A stretch of DNA of 64,000 nt from NCBI RefSeq assembly GCF_964194155.1, contig NC_135906.1, forward strand, positions 19,282,001 to 19,346,000, in the 5' to 3' direction. Positions 24,745-39,419 of the stretch are shown here, piece by piece. A program made the position numbers and the translations under genes. Every line of letters begins with the position of its first letter. The first letter of the stretch is position 1. The DNA is from Cetorhinus maximus (taxonomy: Eukaryota). The notes under the pieces were generated by a model. That model did not search any database and had not been told where the DNA came from. It saw nothing but the letters and a program-made list of their open reading frames with translations.

Positions 24745-27389
24745 GGCAACGGAACCAGACTGACCACCCAGCATCAACCTAGGCACCGGAAATGACAATA
24801 GCAAACCAGCCCTGCTGATCCTGCAAAGTCCTCCTTACTAACATCTGGGGGCTAGTGCCAAAATTGGGAGAGCTGTCTCACAGATTAGTCAAGCAACAGC
24901 CTGACATAGTTATGCTCACAGGATCATACCTTACTGACAATGTCCCAGACATTACCATCACCATACCTGGTATCTGGTATGTCTTGTCCCACCGCAGGAC
25001 AGACCCAGCAGAGGTGGCGACACTGTAGTGGTATGCAGTCGGGAGGGAGTTGCCCTGGGACCCCTCAACATCGACTCTGGACCCCATGAAGTCTCATCGT
25101 ATCAGGTCTCATGGGCAAGGAAACCTCCTACTGATTCCCACGTCCCGTCTTCACATTGAGGATACCCTCCATCGTGTAGTGTGGCACTACCACCGTGCTA
25201 AACGGAATATATTTCAAACAGATCTAGGAACTCAAGACTGGGCAACCATGAGGCGTTGTGGGCCATCAACAGCAGCAGAATTGTACTCAGCTACAATATG
25301 TAACCTCATGGCCTGGCATACCTCCCACTGTACCATCACCAAGCCAGGGGGGATCAACCCTAGTTCAATAAAGAGTGCAGGAGGACATGCCAGGAGCAGC
25401 ACAGAGCTTACCTAAAAATGAGGTGTCAACCTCGTGAAGCTACAACACAGGACTACTTGTGCGCCAAACAGCATAAGCAGCAAGTGATAGACAGAGCTAA
25501 GCGATTCCACAACCAACGGATAAGAGCTAAGCGATTCCACAAACAACAGATCAGATCTAAGCTCTGCAGTCCTGCCACATCCAGTCGTGAATGGTGTTTG
25601 ACAATTAAACAACTCACTGGAAGAGGAGGCTCCATAAATAACTCCGTCCTCAATGATTGGGGAGCTCAGCACATCAGTGCAAAAGATAAGGCTGAAGCAT
25701 TTGCAACAATCTTCAGTCAGAAGTTCTGAGTGGATGATCCAGCTCAGCCTCCGCTGGAGGTCCCCAGCATCACACATGCCAGTCTTCAGCCAATTCGATT
25801 CACTCCACGTGATATCAAGAAACAACTGAAGGCATTGGATACTACAAAGCCTATGGGACCTGACAACATTCCGGCAATAATATTGAGACTTGTGCTCCAG
25901 AACTTGCCATGCCTGTAGCCAAGCTGTTCCAGGACAGCTACAACTTTGGCACCTACCCACAATGTAGAAAATTTCCCAGGTATGTCCTGTACACAAAAAG
26001 CAGGACATATCCAACCCAGCCAATTACAGCCCCATCAGTCTACACTCCATCATCAGAGAAGAGATGGAAGGAGTCATCGACAGTGCTTTCAAGCGGCAAT
26101 TTCTTACCAATAACCTGCTCATTGATGCCCAGTTTGGGTTCTGCCAGGGCCAATCATCTCCTGACTTCATTACAGCCTTGGTTCAAACATGGACAAAAGA
26201 GTTGAACTGCAGAGTTGAGGTGAGAATGAACGCCTTTGACATCAAGGCTGCATTTGACCGAGTGTGGCATCAAGGCACCCTAGCAAAACTGGAGTCAAAG
26301 GGAATTAGGGGAAAACTCTCCGCTGGTTGGAGTCATACCTAGCATGAAGGAAGCTGGTTGTGGTTGTTGGAGGCCAATCATCTAGTTCCAGGGCATCACT
26401 AAAGGAGTTCCTCAGGATAGTGCCCTAGGCTCAACCATCTTCAGCTGCTTCATCAATGACCTTCCTCCCATCATAAGGTCAGAAGTGGGGATGTTCGCTG
26501 ACTATTGCACAATGCTCAGCACCACTTATGGCTCCTCAGATATTGAAGCAGTCCATGTCCAAATGCAGCAAGACCTGGACAATATCCAGGCTTCAGCTGA
26601 CAAGTGGCAAGTAACATTCGCATGCACAAGTGTCAGGCAATGACCATCCCCAACAAGAGAGAATCCAACTATCGCCCCTTGACATGCAATGGCATTACCA
26701 TCACTGAATCCCCCATTATCAACATCCTGGGGGTTACCATTGATCAGAAACTGAACTGAACTAGCCATATAAATAGTGTGGCTACAAGAGCAGGTCAGAG
26801 GCTAAGAAACCTGTGATGAGCAACTCACTGCCTGACTCCCCAAAGCCTGTCCACCATCTACAAGGCACAAGTCAGGAGTGTGATGGAACACTTGCCTGGG
26901 TGAGTGCAACTCCTACAACACTCAAGAGGCTTGACACCATCCAGGACAAAGCAGCCCACTTGATTGCCGCCCTTTCCATAAACATTCACTCCTTCCACCA
27001 CTGACACACAGTGGCAGCAGTGTGTATCATCTACAAGATGCACTGCAGCAACTCACCAAGACTCCTTAGGCAGTACCTTCCAAACCCACGACCACTACCA
27101 TCTAGGAGGACAAGGGCAGCAGACACATGGGAACACCACCACCTGGAAGTTCCCCTCCAAGCCACACACCTTCCTGACTTGGAAATATATCGCCATTCCT
27201 TCACTGTCGCTGGGTCAAAATCCTGGAACTCCCTCCCTAACAGCACTGTGGGTGTACCTACATCACATGGACTGCAGCGGTTCAAGAAGACAGCTCATCA
27301 CCACCTTCTCAAGGGCAATTAGGGATGGGCAATAAATGCTGGTCAAGCCAGTGACGCCCACATCCCATAAATGAATTTTTTTTTTTAAA
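24745..27389 (+). mobile_element. CR1-clade LINE, second family, long degraded ORF2 (endonuclease remnant plus RT)
   Basis: QQPDIVMLT, KPMGPDNIPA, DAQFGF, AFDIKAAFDRVWH, GMFADY; 3' end aataaatgctgg...aatgaatttt; many stops and frameshifts. Confidence 0.88.
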
Positions 27390-30300
27390 GCCTATGAGTT
27401 GTAGTTATTATTGTTGCTCATCAACACTTAACAGTCCTTTAACTATGACTTTTGGATCGCTTATGAGCCCCAGTTATGATGTGTGAGTGAGGAGGGTCTT
27501 TCATTCTCACGCATATTCAAAGGAATGAGCCGCAAACTCATTCTTAGTTAAGGTTTTAGAAAAGCACTGAAGACCTCTTGCCTTTCAGTGTTCACCTGTA
27601 ACAGTATAAACATGAGAACCAATATTCCAGACCAAAATAAATCAATGTAGCCTGCTTGTTATCACCAGGCGAATATCTGGAGTTTGTTGCTGAGTGAAGT
27701 CCTGAGTGTGTGAGCACCATCAGTGCTGGCCCTATAGGAGCACTTGTCTTGACAGTCACTCATGGTTGCTGTGCAGGAGGTGACCTCATTGTCATCCTGA
27801 CTGAAAGGAGGGAGTGGGATAACAGAAGATAGTCTCGAGGAATCTGGAAAAGGGGAAAATTTAAGGGAAAACTGTAAAACTAGTTATTTTACAAATATTT
27901 CCAAGAGCCTGTTCCCAGAAATAGGTAGATTAGAACCCCTCCAATTTCTGGAGCAGGAGCTGTCATGGTGGGATTTGAACCCATATCCCAGGGCATTAGT
28001 CTGGGGCTCTGGAAAACTAGTGCAGTGATAGTACCACTACCCCACATCTCCCCCTATCCTTGGTTAGATTGGATTCCGGCCAGCTGCTCACATTAACCGC
28101 TCTTAGAAAATGTCAGTTAATTAATCCCCCTTCTGGTGGGAGAGGTGAGTCTTTAGATGTCAACTTAACACTGAGGTAACAACTAAAATCATTTGAAGGA
28201 GTAGGTCTTTGGATAAACTGGATACAATGAATGACTACTGTATGTATTAGTGAAGAAAACACATTGATCACTCACTGAGTGAATCATTAAAATCACAATT
28301 CCCTCCTGCCTTCCCCATCAGTCACAAAAATGAATAAAAAATAGTTTGCAACAGTCTCAGCCTTTTTTGTGCTTCTTTATATAATTGAAATTCCTCTCAA
28401 ATATCCTAACCTTGTCCCCAGTATGTTATGTGTGAATCCTGTTAGTTTTGTCAGCTGTGAAGCAATTACTGTTCAGGAAAGTGATAGTTGTATAAAATTG
28501 TGTCATTTGAAAAAAAGTGTTTAGGACAAGTTTTGTAACAAAAATACATACCTAATCTCAACTTCATTCTGTAAAATTTAAAGTTGTATTGTATTGTCAA
28601 GGTCTGACCTGGCTCCAAGATGTTATAAAATCATGTCATTCATTTGCTTATTTTTAAAACATCAAAGACATAGGCCAGAAAGGGCCCGGCCCCAATTACA
28701 GTTCTGTCCTAAACCTCCATCAGGGTGACAGTAGGAGCCCTGATTAGAAAACGTACATAACAATATATGGGTGAGGCCAAGATAACTGGCTCAGGTGTGA
28801 TACACCTTGCTTTCCATTGTTGAAGAGCCTACAGACACTCAGTAGCTAGATACACATTAGGAATGACTACTTAAACATGGACAGTCAACATTTGTGGATT
28901 TTACCCCAGCAATTTTTTCAGGAGGGCAGAGGATAAAATGAGAAGAATATTTATCATGATAGTAAGAAGATTAGGGGATGTTCTATGGCTCAAAATCATT
29001 AAGGGAGCTTAAAATTGTAGTTGATTTTACCAGTGAGAGAAAAGAATTTAAACACCTGAATCAACATCTAATTGTTCTCATAATTCATTAAAAAATGAAA
29101 AGACTGTTTTTATTAAATAAAGATCGAGAAACCTAATTTCATTGGATCAAAATAAGTAAAATAGTTACATAAATCCACTGAGCCTGGGATCAAAATGAAA
29201 ATGTTGCAGTACCAGTTTTCTGCTACATGACGTATCAAAATGAAGATTCATCATTAAAGAGGATATTCGACAGAGCTGATCCAGCCAAATTGTTCACTTA
29301 GTAGAAACATTCAAATATCAGTGGATAAGTAGGAAAATTAGGAATAATAAGAAAAGCAAGTGGCATTTGTTCACACTAAGTGAATTAGACAGGCGACAAG
29401 CCATTGAATCTTAAGAGTATAAATGAGTTCCAGAGCTAAGCTGCCCACTTACAATTTTAATTTAATTAGAACATGAATTTGACCAGCTACATCCAGGTTC
29501 CTATGATTTTTTTTTGGGTTCACTAATCCCCAACAATTTACCGAAGTGGAGCAGTTAAATTTGCCTTTAGATTATGGAAAGGGTCATTTACGTGAATTGA
29601 ATGAGCAGGGGAGGTCGTCTTTGAATAAAGAAATTAAATAAAATAGAAATAACGTTCAACAAGAACAAGAGAAGATTGGAATGAGAAAGGCCCTTCAAGT
29701 CATCAAGCACATTACCACAGTCTAACATACCAAATCATTGACCTCACCATTCACTCCACCAAGCTCCTTCGAAAGTCTCAGTACAGTAATGTTAAGAGGA
29801 CGTTAAACAAAATTCCTTTGTAGTTGGTATATAGCGGGCAAATGCAATTAATAAGCAAGGATTGTTCACTAACCCCCAACATCTATGGACTGATGAAATC
29901 CTGAATTCTTTATAAGACTTTAGAAAAGAAGATTTTGTATATGAATTTATAAAGAATATATAGACATAATTTCAACAGATTCAGCCCATAATTCAGTTTC
30001 TTATTGTAGTAAGAAGTTACTATGGCGAGAAGTTGCTGCAACAGGCCATACCACTCTTTTTCATACAAGTGGACAGGGATGACATTTGCCTTGTAGATGG
30101 CCTATACCATGGGTCAATATGGGCCCCTACTTTTCCTAGATAATCTAATTGCTGGATCCAGTCAGGACCACATCCAATTGCATGGGTTGCTTGGTCCTAA
30201 TGCTATAAGGACCTCTATAAGTGTAGTTCTATTACTCAGTTTACTTGATTAATTAGGTTATCAATGTTGTAATAGATTTAGTGCTACCGCCAAAAGCTAC

Positions 30301-33300
30301 ATTGAGAAAAATAAATCAGTCAAGAGCACAACAGGATCATTAATAGTTTTCAGTGAGTTTGGCAAGTTAAACCTTGGCCTTTACCATACTCTGCAACTTT
30401 AAATATCTGATTGGCTGGTTTGTTTACTTATTTCCCAAAAATTACACTTTCTACAGTTCTTTAGAGGCAATATCCATCTATTGCTGAATTTTTAATGGAA
30501 TTCTAATTATGCAGTAAACAACCCTAGTTTCTACCTGCACTGTGACCTGTATTGTTTCTAAGCAAGGTGAAGCCTTGACTGTTGGTAAGGTGGTGATATC
30601 ATAATAGTTGCCTCTTTGGATCTCCATGGATGTGGCAACTGATGATACCATGGATCAGGTACAATTCTAAATATAACCATATAAATCTTGAATATTATAC
30701 TCTGCCTATAGCCTATCTCTTTTCTCAAATACAAACTTGATGACATTATTTAGCAATATTCTGTCAGTTGCCCACATAGATGAAAGGATAGGTCATTATT
30801 TGCATCAGCTGCAGATATGTCACTAAGGAATGCAGGTTGCACCTTAAAAAAGAGCAATTTAAGTGACTAAGAGCATCATTTGTAATGTGACACATAACAT
30901 GGGTTAACATTTTGAAGTCACTCATATGGCTGTTGAATGATTTGTTTTTCCTTTCTAATCACTGATTTGTTGAAAATTATGGGGCTTGTGAGAGTGAAGA
31001 TAGGAAAGTGATGAATCCAGGGATCCTGTTAAAGGTCTCTCAAAGTTAATGAGAATACACGGTTACAGTTATCCTTCATGCTAATGTTTATGATTTACAA
31101 CTGATGCTCAGAAATAGCATGTTGTGTAAAACACTCCCCCCCACCCCACGCCCACACCCCCCACCCCCGTGATATCCTGAATAAGAACAGTGGGCTGAGA
31201 TGGTAATGAGACAGCAGGAGAGAGTGATGTGAATAAATCTGTGGACTCCTCTGTAGATCATATCCCAATTTATCAGCACCTATTTACCACTCCCTGTCCA
31301 GCTGCCAGGATAAAGCCTCCCTATCTAGGAACCAAGCCAGGAACTGACAATACCCACTGATTTGGACAATGGAAGAGGAAAGAACAGTTGAGTCTGGAGT
31401 CTGAACTCTGATCCTCGAGACCAAAGTAATGTGAATTTATAGAACAACTGATTGGATCTCACTATTGCCTTTGACAGCAACTTAGATGATTCTGGCGTCT
31501 TGGGTTTTTGAACGGAAGCTGAGAAAGGTTTACCACCACTGTTTCCCTTCTTGCTCAGTCTTGCATTTCAGTGCATATAGTAATAATACAGCGCCTCCAT
31601 GCTTCTTTATATCCATTCAATAGGAGTGCATTGGAAATGTCACTACCCATTTTAGAGTGGATGAAAGCTAGTCTCCAAAGGACCAAATAGGATGTATAGT
31701 GTATGGCAGTGCTCTTGAATTGGAAGAATTGTAAAGGAAGATAGCTGCACATTTTTCAGTAACTTTATTGTCCTGTTTTACAGTTAAGAAACACCAGCTG
31801 AAGGAGCAGAAATGTTGTATAGATCTCTGACTGTAACATCATAGCACTTGTATCCAATGCATTGTGAACAGGGCAATGGTTTGTGGATAGTGCTCCCTGT
31901 TCATGGAGTCATAGGAGCAAAGCCTTGTACCCTAACAGCAGGAACAGTGCTACATAAAACTTCTGCCCTCATGCTGTCTATTCAGTGGTGTAGAGTATCA
32001 AAAGGTGACTGAGGCAGCAATAAGTCTACAGATTTATGATTAGGGGGAAATCACTAGACTGTATTTCCTGCCTAAAATTCAAAATGGCAGCTATGTTGCT
32101 CTTAACAAACTGCTTGATAAATATAATGGCCATTATAACACCATATGTGCCTGCCAGATACTTTGGCTTGGTATTTGATTTTCCCAGAAAACTTAAGCAC
32201 CACAGTTTCAAATAAAGAATCACTCCAACTTCTGATTCCCTCGTTTGACCAAAGCTAACTCCAGGGGCAGGATTCTCCTCTTTGGGGTGGAGTTTCAGCA
32301 TGATGCAATCCCAATCCATTTTTCTAAATCAGGATTCATTTGTGAGGCACATTGGCTCTTGACATGAAACCCCCACCCCCAACCGAGGGAGCCCACTAGT
32401 ACAAGGAAACGATGTTGTAGCACTAAAAGAGGTGATGTGGACTATATGGGGAGGAAGTACCCCAAACATGTCATTGAGGCTCCCACTGAAAGCTTTGCTA
32501 AGCAAGTGCTGAGCCTAACTTGGAGGGAGAGTAGGCTATCTCTGCCTTATTCTGGGCAGTATCAGAGAAGAATTCTGGCTCAAACGTCAGAGAGATAGCG
32601 AGGATTTCCTGAATTGGCTAGGATTGAAGGAATATACCAGATGTATTTATTGTTTAATAGTGACAGTGGATCTGAAATGCTTGGTTGGAATCAAAATTAG
32701 ATTTGCAGGGTTTTTTTGCACTTAACAGGAGAGGGGTTTGTAGTTTGGACTGTAAACTTGTAAATGGTATTCTTGAACAGGATAAATTTGCAATGTGTGT
32801 AAACATACTTACATCATCTGCAAATACTTAGTGCGATTCATACATTACCCTAATTTATAAGTGATCAAGAGGATTCATGAGTCAACCTTGAAAAGGGATG
32901 TGCCTTGTTTGGCTTAATGGCCATTTCATGTTACATGCGAACATACAAATTAGGAGGAGTCGGCCACTTGGCCCCTGAAGCCTGCTCTGCCATTCAATAA
33001 GATCATGGCTGATCTGATTGTAATCTCAACCCCACATTCTCATGTTGTTAAAAAAAAAATTCTGTTTTCACATAGTTCAGGCAGTTTGAGCTATTATTTC
33101 CTATGTCTTCCCCCTTCACTCTACAGTACGACTTAGATTCTAAAGCAAGTCGTAACACCAACATCGTATTAACCCCGATTTTTAAACCCTTAAAAGAAAT
33201 TTATTCAAAGTGAGGTCTTTGCAATTAGAAATAATCATTGTGCAGAACAATTACATCATATGGAATTGATTATAGTCATTGCATGTCATATATAGTCAGG

Positions 33301-33716
33301 GTCATTTCTACCTACATTGAAAAGCATATTTCGTTCACCATCCTATCCCAAGTCCAAAACTTGTCAAAGAACAGCCAGGGATGGGGTCAAGACTTCAGCA
33401 GTAAAGCAGCCATCAGAATTAATGAAAATTCATTGAAAAACTTTAATAACAAACACCTCAACATCAGAGGAAAACTGGACTATGTAAGAATTTAGATACC
33501 TGATTTATATTCTAGCTACTGACTGATAGGATGGAATTCTGTTTAAGGTGGATTCTAGTTGCTTTGATATGATGGTTGAGCCTCTACAAACCAGCTAATT
33601 AGATTCTCAGTGTTTTTGATGTGCTGTGCTTTATACTGTTTTAAATTAAGTTCCTGTATGTTAATTTGTGAAGTTCTGCTCTGTTTTAATCTCAGGGCCT
33701 TGTTTTCACTAACTGA

Positions 33717-33833
<117 letters not shown>

Positions 33834-34294
33834 TGACTTCCACTAACCTACCAACCTAAGCATCAATGAATGAGTGTGCTTTCTCTTTTTTTGCATTTCT
33901 TGAAGTAGAATGTGCAGGAAAATGCAGTCACCTAGAGAAAATAGCATGGAAATGCACTGACCAACCTCAACCTCAGCCATTGCTGCTTGTCGTAACCAAT
34001 ATCACTCGGCATCTTGGGTTACAGTAGTGTTCATTACTGTAGGGACAGAAACTGCATTGACAAAGACTGGCATCTCCTCACAACAGGCAGAGGACTTTTC
34101 ATCAAGACTAAAAGAAAATGCTCTCTGTACTTCTATGCAATATTTTGACATTGCATAGATATTGGGTGAATTTCTGCAATTGACAGACCCATAAAGAATA
34201 ACCTTGTAATTTTTTTGTTTTTGTTTGTTTCCTTCCATTTTTCTTTTCGTTCGTCTTGGATACATCTCCTTTTTGCCTCATTTCTGCTACAAAG

Positions 34295-34391
34295 TGGCCG
34301 CATCAGTTACACTGATATGTATGAGATGTTGAGACACATGTCTCCGCCCTTAGGCCTGGGGAAGAAATGCCCTGCGCGAGTTGCTTATAAG
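34295..34391 (+). CDS. CACNA1A: Cav2.1 mutually exclusive exon 37b (EFb)
   Basis: 97 nt, ctacaaag|...|gtagaa; [32 protein letters not shown]; same length and phase as 37a. Confidence 0.95.
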
Positions 34392-36394
34392 GTAGAAATG
34401 TGTCCTTAGTGTTCAGTGTGTCGGAGAAAATCTGTGACCTTTGAACTGTTAGGGTCAGGGATCGTGCAGTCCAAAAGAAGTGGGAGGAGTCTGAGAGGGT
34501 TGACAATAATTGTGATCTACCTATTAGTTGATGGAATACATATCTAAAAATCATACCTCAATTTCTTTTAGGAGGATTTAATTTATTTCCCAAACTCAAT
34601 TACTTTCCCTTAATTGAAATCATTGTGGCGATTTTGCTTTTCTGCCTACCTGCAGTATTTGATCCAGCAATTGGTTTTTAAAAATTGAGCAAAAGACTTG
34701 CTTTTCGGTGTGATATTGGGCTAGATAAACATTTTCCCTTGCCTTTAGAATTTACAGATCTTGCTATCAGTGCGTTCTGGAGAAAAAAACTCACTACATT
34801 CCACAGGGCCAAACTCTCTTGTGTTCTTCCTCCAGTCTTTTTTTCAGTAGTTTGCATCTTCCCCTCCCTTCAGATCAGTTTATTGTTCACTGCATCAGGA
34901 GAACCAACAAGCAATCTCTAGACTCCTACTGCAAATGTGCCAGTCTCCCTTTTGGATTATCTAGTGAGAGGTGTGTTTGCATGGAAGAGAAAGGGAGGGG
35001 GGATCGTTCTTTCAGAGATTTGGTGGTCCAGGCAAGGACCTCAAATTACACTCACCATTGCTCTGACTGAATCGATTTAGATAAAGGCCTTGATGTGAAT
35101 TCAAGTTTCAACCAAGGAACTAGCACATGTAGTCTCTTACCCTCCTCCCCCCAACTCCCCCTCACCTCCAACAGCCTAATCTGTTCTATAGCCACTCGGG
35201 TTAGTTTTGTTCAAGATCAACTTATCCAAAATTTAACAACAATTAACTAAAATGAATGTAAGCCCTTTATCCCCTCATTCCAATTTTCTCCCATCTCGCT
35301 TGATAGCACTAACACTTAATACAAATCAGGTTCCACAGGTGCTGACCACTCTTATCACTCCACCTGGATGGCCATTCTTTGAGGGTAAACCAGATAGCAA
35401 GTGTTGGCAAGCTTTTGACCCATGGAGTTGGCCACAGCCAACTGGTCATGCCTTCAGTTGACATCCACGCACATGATTGTCCAGCATTAGTATGACAACA
35501 TTGACTTTTCCCTATTTGGGGTATACTGAATCTAATCACTATCCCATCAGAGATCAGCTGACTCAACACAAACCAAGGATGGAACCTGAGACCTTGCTGG
35601 TTTTTTTGACTCAGTATCATAATAGTCCATGCATTTACTCACTGCATGGGCCTTTGAGAGTATGAGCATTGTTCTCTTAAACCAGTATTCAAATCACAAA
35701 CCAAAATGCCCTTAAACAGATTACCCTGTTTTGTTACCTTCACAACCAAAGGCAAAGGTGCTAGAATTCTTCTGGTTATTGTGCATGGCAAACATCCCCT
35801 GCAGTGAATCTTCATTTAGAATGTGTTCACAATCTTATTAGGGATAAGAAGCCTTACATGCAGTTAGAGTTCATACACATTGTAGCCAGAGAAATCCTTC
35901 CCCTGTAGAGTTAGGAAAAGTGAGATCCTGAGAAGCTGTGAGATCTGAGTGTTGGACAGAAAATGCATCATCAAAATATCACCCACTCTACCATTATTGC
36001 TTTTGTATTTTGAATGCAAAACAGAGTTTGAATCCAGCCTTCCTTAGCTTGGCGAAACCTGAATCAGAAAGGAAAAGATCATTGTTTTGATTGATGTGAA
36101 CAAAATTTTAAAAAGTTCAATATAGGAAAGTTGTTTTACAACAAGCACACTCCCCTTCCTGTGGGTTGCATGATTGTTGTGTGTTTCAGAGAGGGAAAAT
36201 TCAATTTCTCTTCAGATATTCAGGCTGAAGAATAGAATTTTTAAAGCATTAAATAGTTTTGATTTTCAAGTTCACCTCTGACCGTTTATCTATTACTAAC
36301 TTTTCCAGCTTTTACCTATTTTCTTTCTGTCAATGCAGTTCTAACCTGTATTGGTCCCTTTTCCCTACATAATACGCCTGGTTAATCATTTGTG

Positions 36395-36402
36395 TTTTCT
36401 CC

Positions 36403-36433
<31 letters not shown>

Positions 36434-36452
36434 GCTCCTCTCTCTCCCTCTA
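36395..36452 (+). repeat. (CT)n microsatellite / polypyrimidine tract
   Basis: Direct reading. Confidence 0.9.
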
Positions 36453-37859
36453 TCCTGCATGCTGCAATGTGAAGATGTGCCAACATTAATAGGCAGTCAT
36501 TAGTGGGCAAAATGCTGTGCCCTTGAGATTATCCAATACTAAAACTTTACCCTCTTTACCAAATTTTTTGTGATTTTAAATGTGGCTTCCCATAAAATTA
36601 CCTATATTGCAGCGTATTTAATGCTGAGATCAACTTCATTTTTAGTTTTTAGTGCTTGCAAGCAAAACAAATATGTTTGCTTTGATGTTGGGAGCTGGAT
36701 TGCCCCATGTCTGTTTATAATGGGGTGTTTACCACAGAGAAGAACATAATATCCCAGTTAAAATTCAAAATGTTGGCATATCAGTGCACCCATCTCAGGC
36801 ACGGTTTCCCATTGAAATTCACGTAATCCAGCACATATGTAACCTCCTCTTTTCCAGCCCATTCATAACCTCTCTTTTCCAGCCCATGGATAATCTCTCT
36901 TTTCTATTCCTTATTCCTTTCCTAATTTCAACATTTTCTACCCCATTCTCACCTCAAGGTGGCACACGTTTTCAATTTTTAGACAACAGAATGAATGTGA
37001 AAACAAATATTACTATTTAAAATCTATGTGTCCTCCTGCAAGCTGACTAGATAAGACACAAATACTCCATTTGTGGCAGAATATTCTTGTTTTGGCTTGG
37101 GGTCAGTTGCAACCCAGGTCCTATCATCCGTGGTCCTCACCATGTTATCTGGGCTATGTGGCCTGCTCTGCTGTGGGATATCACCAGAGTTGGAATCCAC
37201 AGCTGTTTCTTTGTCTTTTGTTGCAAGGATGAGAAAGCCAGGGAATGCTTTTAGATTGGCCTTTGTAGGTCAAAAGAAAGAGCTTTATTATAGAGCATAT
37301 ATTCCTATAATTTTTTTTCTCTTCCATTCCTGTGGAGTCTTCATTTGCCTGCTACTCAGTGTTGCTCATGACTTTGGCCCCCAATACCAAAAGAATCGGT
37401 GAATGATTTTAACACAAGTTAATGTTTAATGGGTCAAGTAGATTTCTACAAAATGTGGCCATAAACCACATCTCGGGGATCAGGCATTGCCGTTGGTGAT
37501 GAGGTGAGAATGGTGAATGACCCTGCACTTTCCTTGAACCAATTAATCCTGTGTTTCACAAGATTTTGACCCTGGGTCTACCCCTATTTGGGAGCACAGG
37601 TCCTAGGGTATTTGAGTTAACCCAGTTCAGGTTCTAAAAGGTGAACCTCAGCAAACTTAAGTCTGCTATCCATGAAATTTACAGAACTAGGTTCCTCAAA
37701 GGGGATGTATTTGCCCACTTTCTAATATGGGTAATTTAATTACAGTATGAACTGTCCCATACATTTATAAATAATTGCTTTGAACAAGGTCAAGGATACT
37801 TTTAGCAGTTGCTGTTGCAAATACAGCTGGCCTTTCCTTGGAAGTACAGGACAGAAAGA

Positions 37860-38760
37860 GTTCAGGAGTCTGACTTGGGGAAGTCGAGATTGGAGGGTTT
37901 CATAAACAGGAGAAATGAAATAGAGAGGGAAATGAGTGACATTGCAGAGCAGATAATAGATGGTGAGAAAACCAAATGTGGAGTTTGAAGCTCATGGTCA
38001 TAATGGACATCGAGGATGTGAACTCCTGGGTTTAGCCTGTGTGAGCAACTGAGAGTTTGAGGAAGTGAGCAGTTTCTCATGGGGCCAGATTCAATCTTGC
38101 TATTATTGTCCTAGAGAAAGTTGTGGAACATCCTCAACTTGCTGCCTGAAGCAACTAGATGGAAAACATAGTAAGAGTTATAAAGGGGCAGTGTTGGGTA
38201 ATGTCAACATACAGGTGGAAGCTGAGCCATGGGTTGGGTCAACCACAGTGTGTAAACAAGAGATTGGAGTGGAGCTAAAAATGGAATCTTGGAATATGCT
38301 GGACATGATAACGCAGGCACAGGAGAAGTCTTCTCTGACAAGTACGTAACCATTAAAAGGCAGTGCCACCGAGGATGGAAGGTTCAGTTGTACCAAAGTC
38401 TAAGGAGAGGTTGAGGAGTCTTAAGGATATTGTTGGTAACTTTCAACAAGGTAGTCTTGGTGCTGTGGGTAAGATGCAAACCAGACAAGTGATTCAAACA
38501 GGGAATAATGGGATAGATGGACTCAAGTATGTGAAGCTGCAGAAAGAGAGATCATTGGGGAAACAGTGTCAGATAGAGTGGCAAACTGAAAGAGGTAAAG
38601 TGTAATGTAATGTGAAAGGTGGGCAGAGTTAATGACGATACTAGAAGAAGCAAACTCAGGATTGTAAAGGGAAGTGGGGCAATGTGTGCAATAAAGAATG
38701 GCAGACTGAGCCAGTGGGCTGGGTTAGGGGCTGTGGTCCAAAGAATTATGCTCACAGCTG
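37860..38760 (-). mobile_element. Old L2-like LINE RT relic
   Basis: Minus strand reads SFHLYVDITQ near 38195-38230, like the L2 motif SFHxYADDTQL. Confidence 0.5.
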
Positions 38761-38877
38761 GGCATAGATAGTAGTCTTGAGTTATATTTATGAATCATAG
38801 ATAACATATAGAAGAACTTGAAATAGCAGAGTTCAGAGCATGCCTGATGTTTTGTCAGCCACAGTACATAATTATGT

Positions 38878-39080
38878 ATGGAATCATAGAATGGCTACAA
38901 CACAGGTCATTTGGCCATTCATGTCTGTACTGGCTCCCTGCGAGAACAACTCAGCTAGTCCCACTCCCCCACATTTTCCCTGCAGCCCCGCAAAGTTTAT
39001 TCAATACCCTTTTGAAAGTCATGATTGAATCTGCTTCCACAACTCTCAGACAGTGCATTCTTGAACCTAACCACTCCTAA
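38878..39080 (-). mobile_element. CR1/SINE 3' end fragment
   Basis: Reverse tail gaatcatagaat followed by ggccattc...; same family as 23125-23255. Confidence 0.65.
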
Positions 39081-39419
39081 AAACTGTAATTCTAAACAAC
39101 GCCTGAGACACGTAATTTTCCATGCAGGAAAGATAAGAGTGATAAGAAGGCTCTGTTTGTCTAAATATTACAAAGAATGAAAATAAAGGAAGACCATGGC
39201 TTGCCTGATGGTTGGAGACCAGGGCCAATGTGCTGGTCAAATTCTAGGCTTTCAATGCCTGGCTCCTTCCAAGTTGATGTTGAGGGATGCTTTGTTTCCT
39301 GTAGAATTTCAAATTCACAAGTTGTCATCTTGATTCTTTGTTTGCTTGGGAAAAAATCTATTAATACAGTATTGGCTGTAAGGAACTCAGGCTGATCTCA
39401 GACCTGGTGTATGAGTGGT

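Noticed and set aside
27965-28035. tRNA-like B-box sequence
   Set aside because: SINE head in reverse orientation; no full cloverleaf
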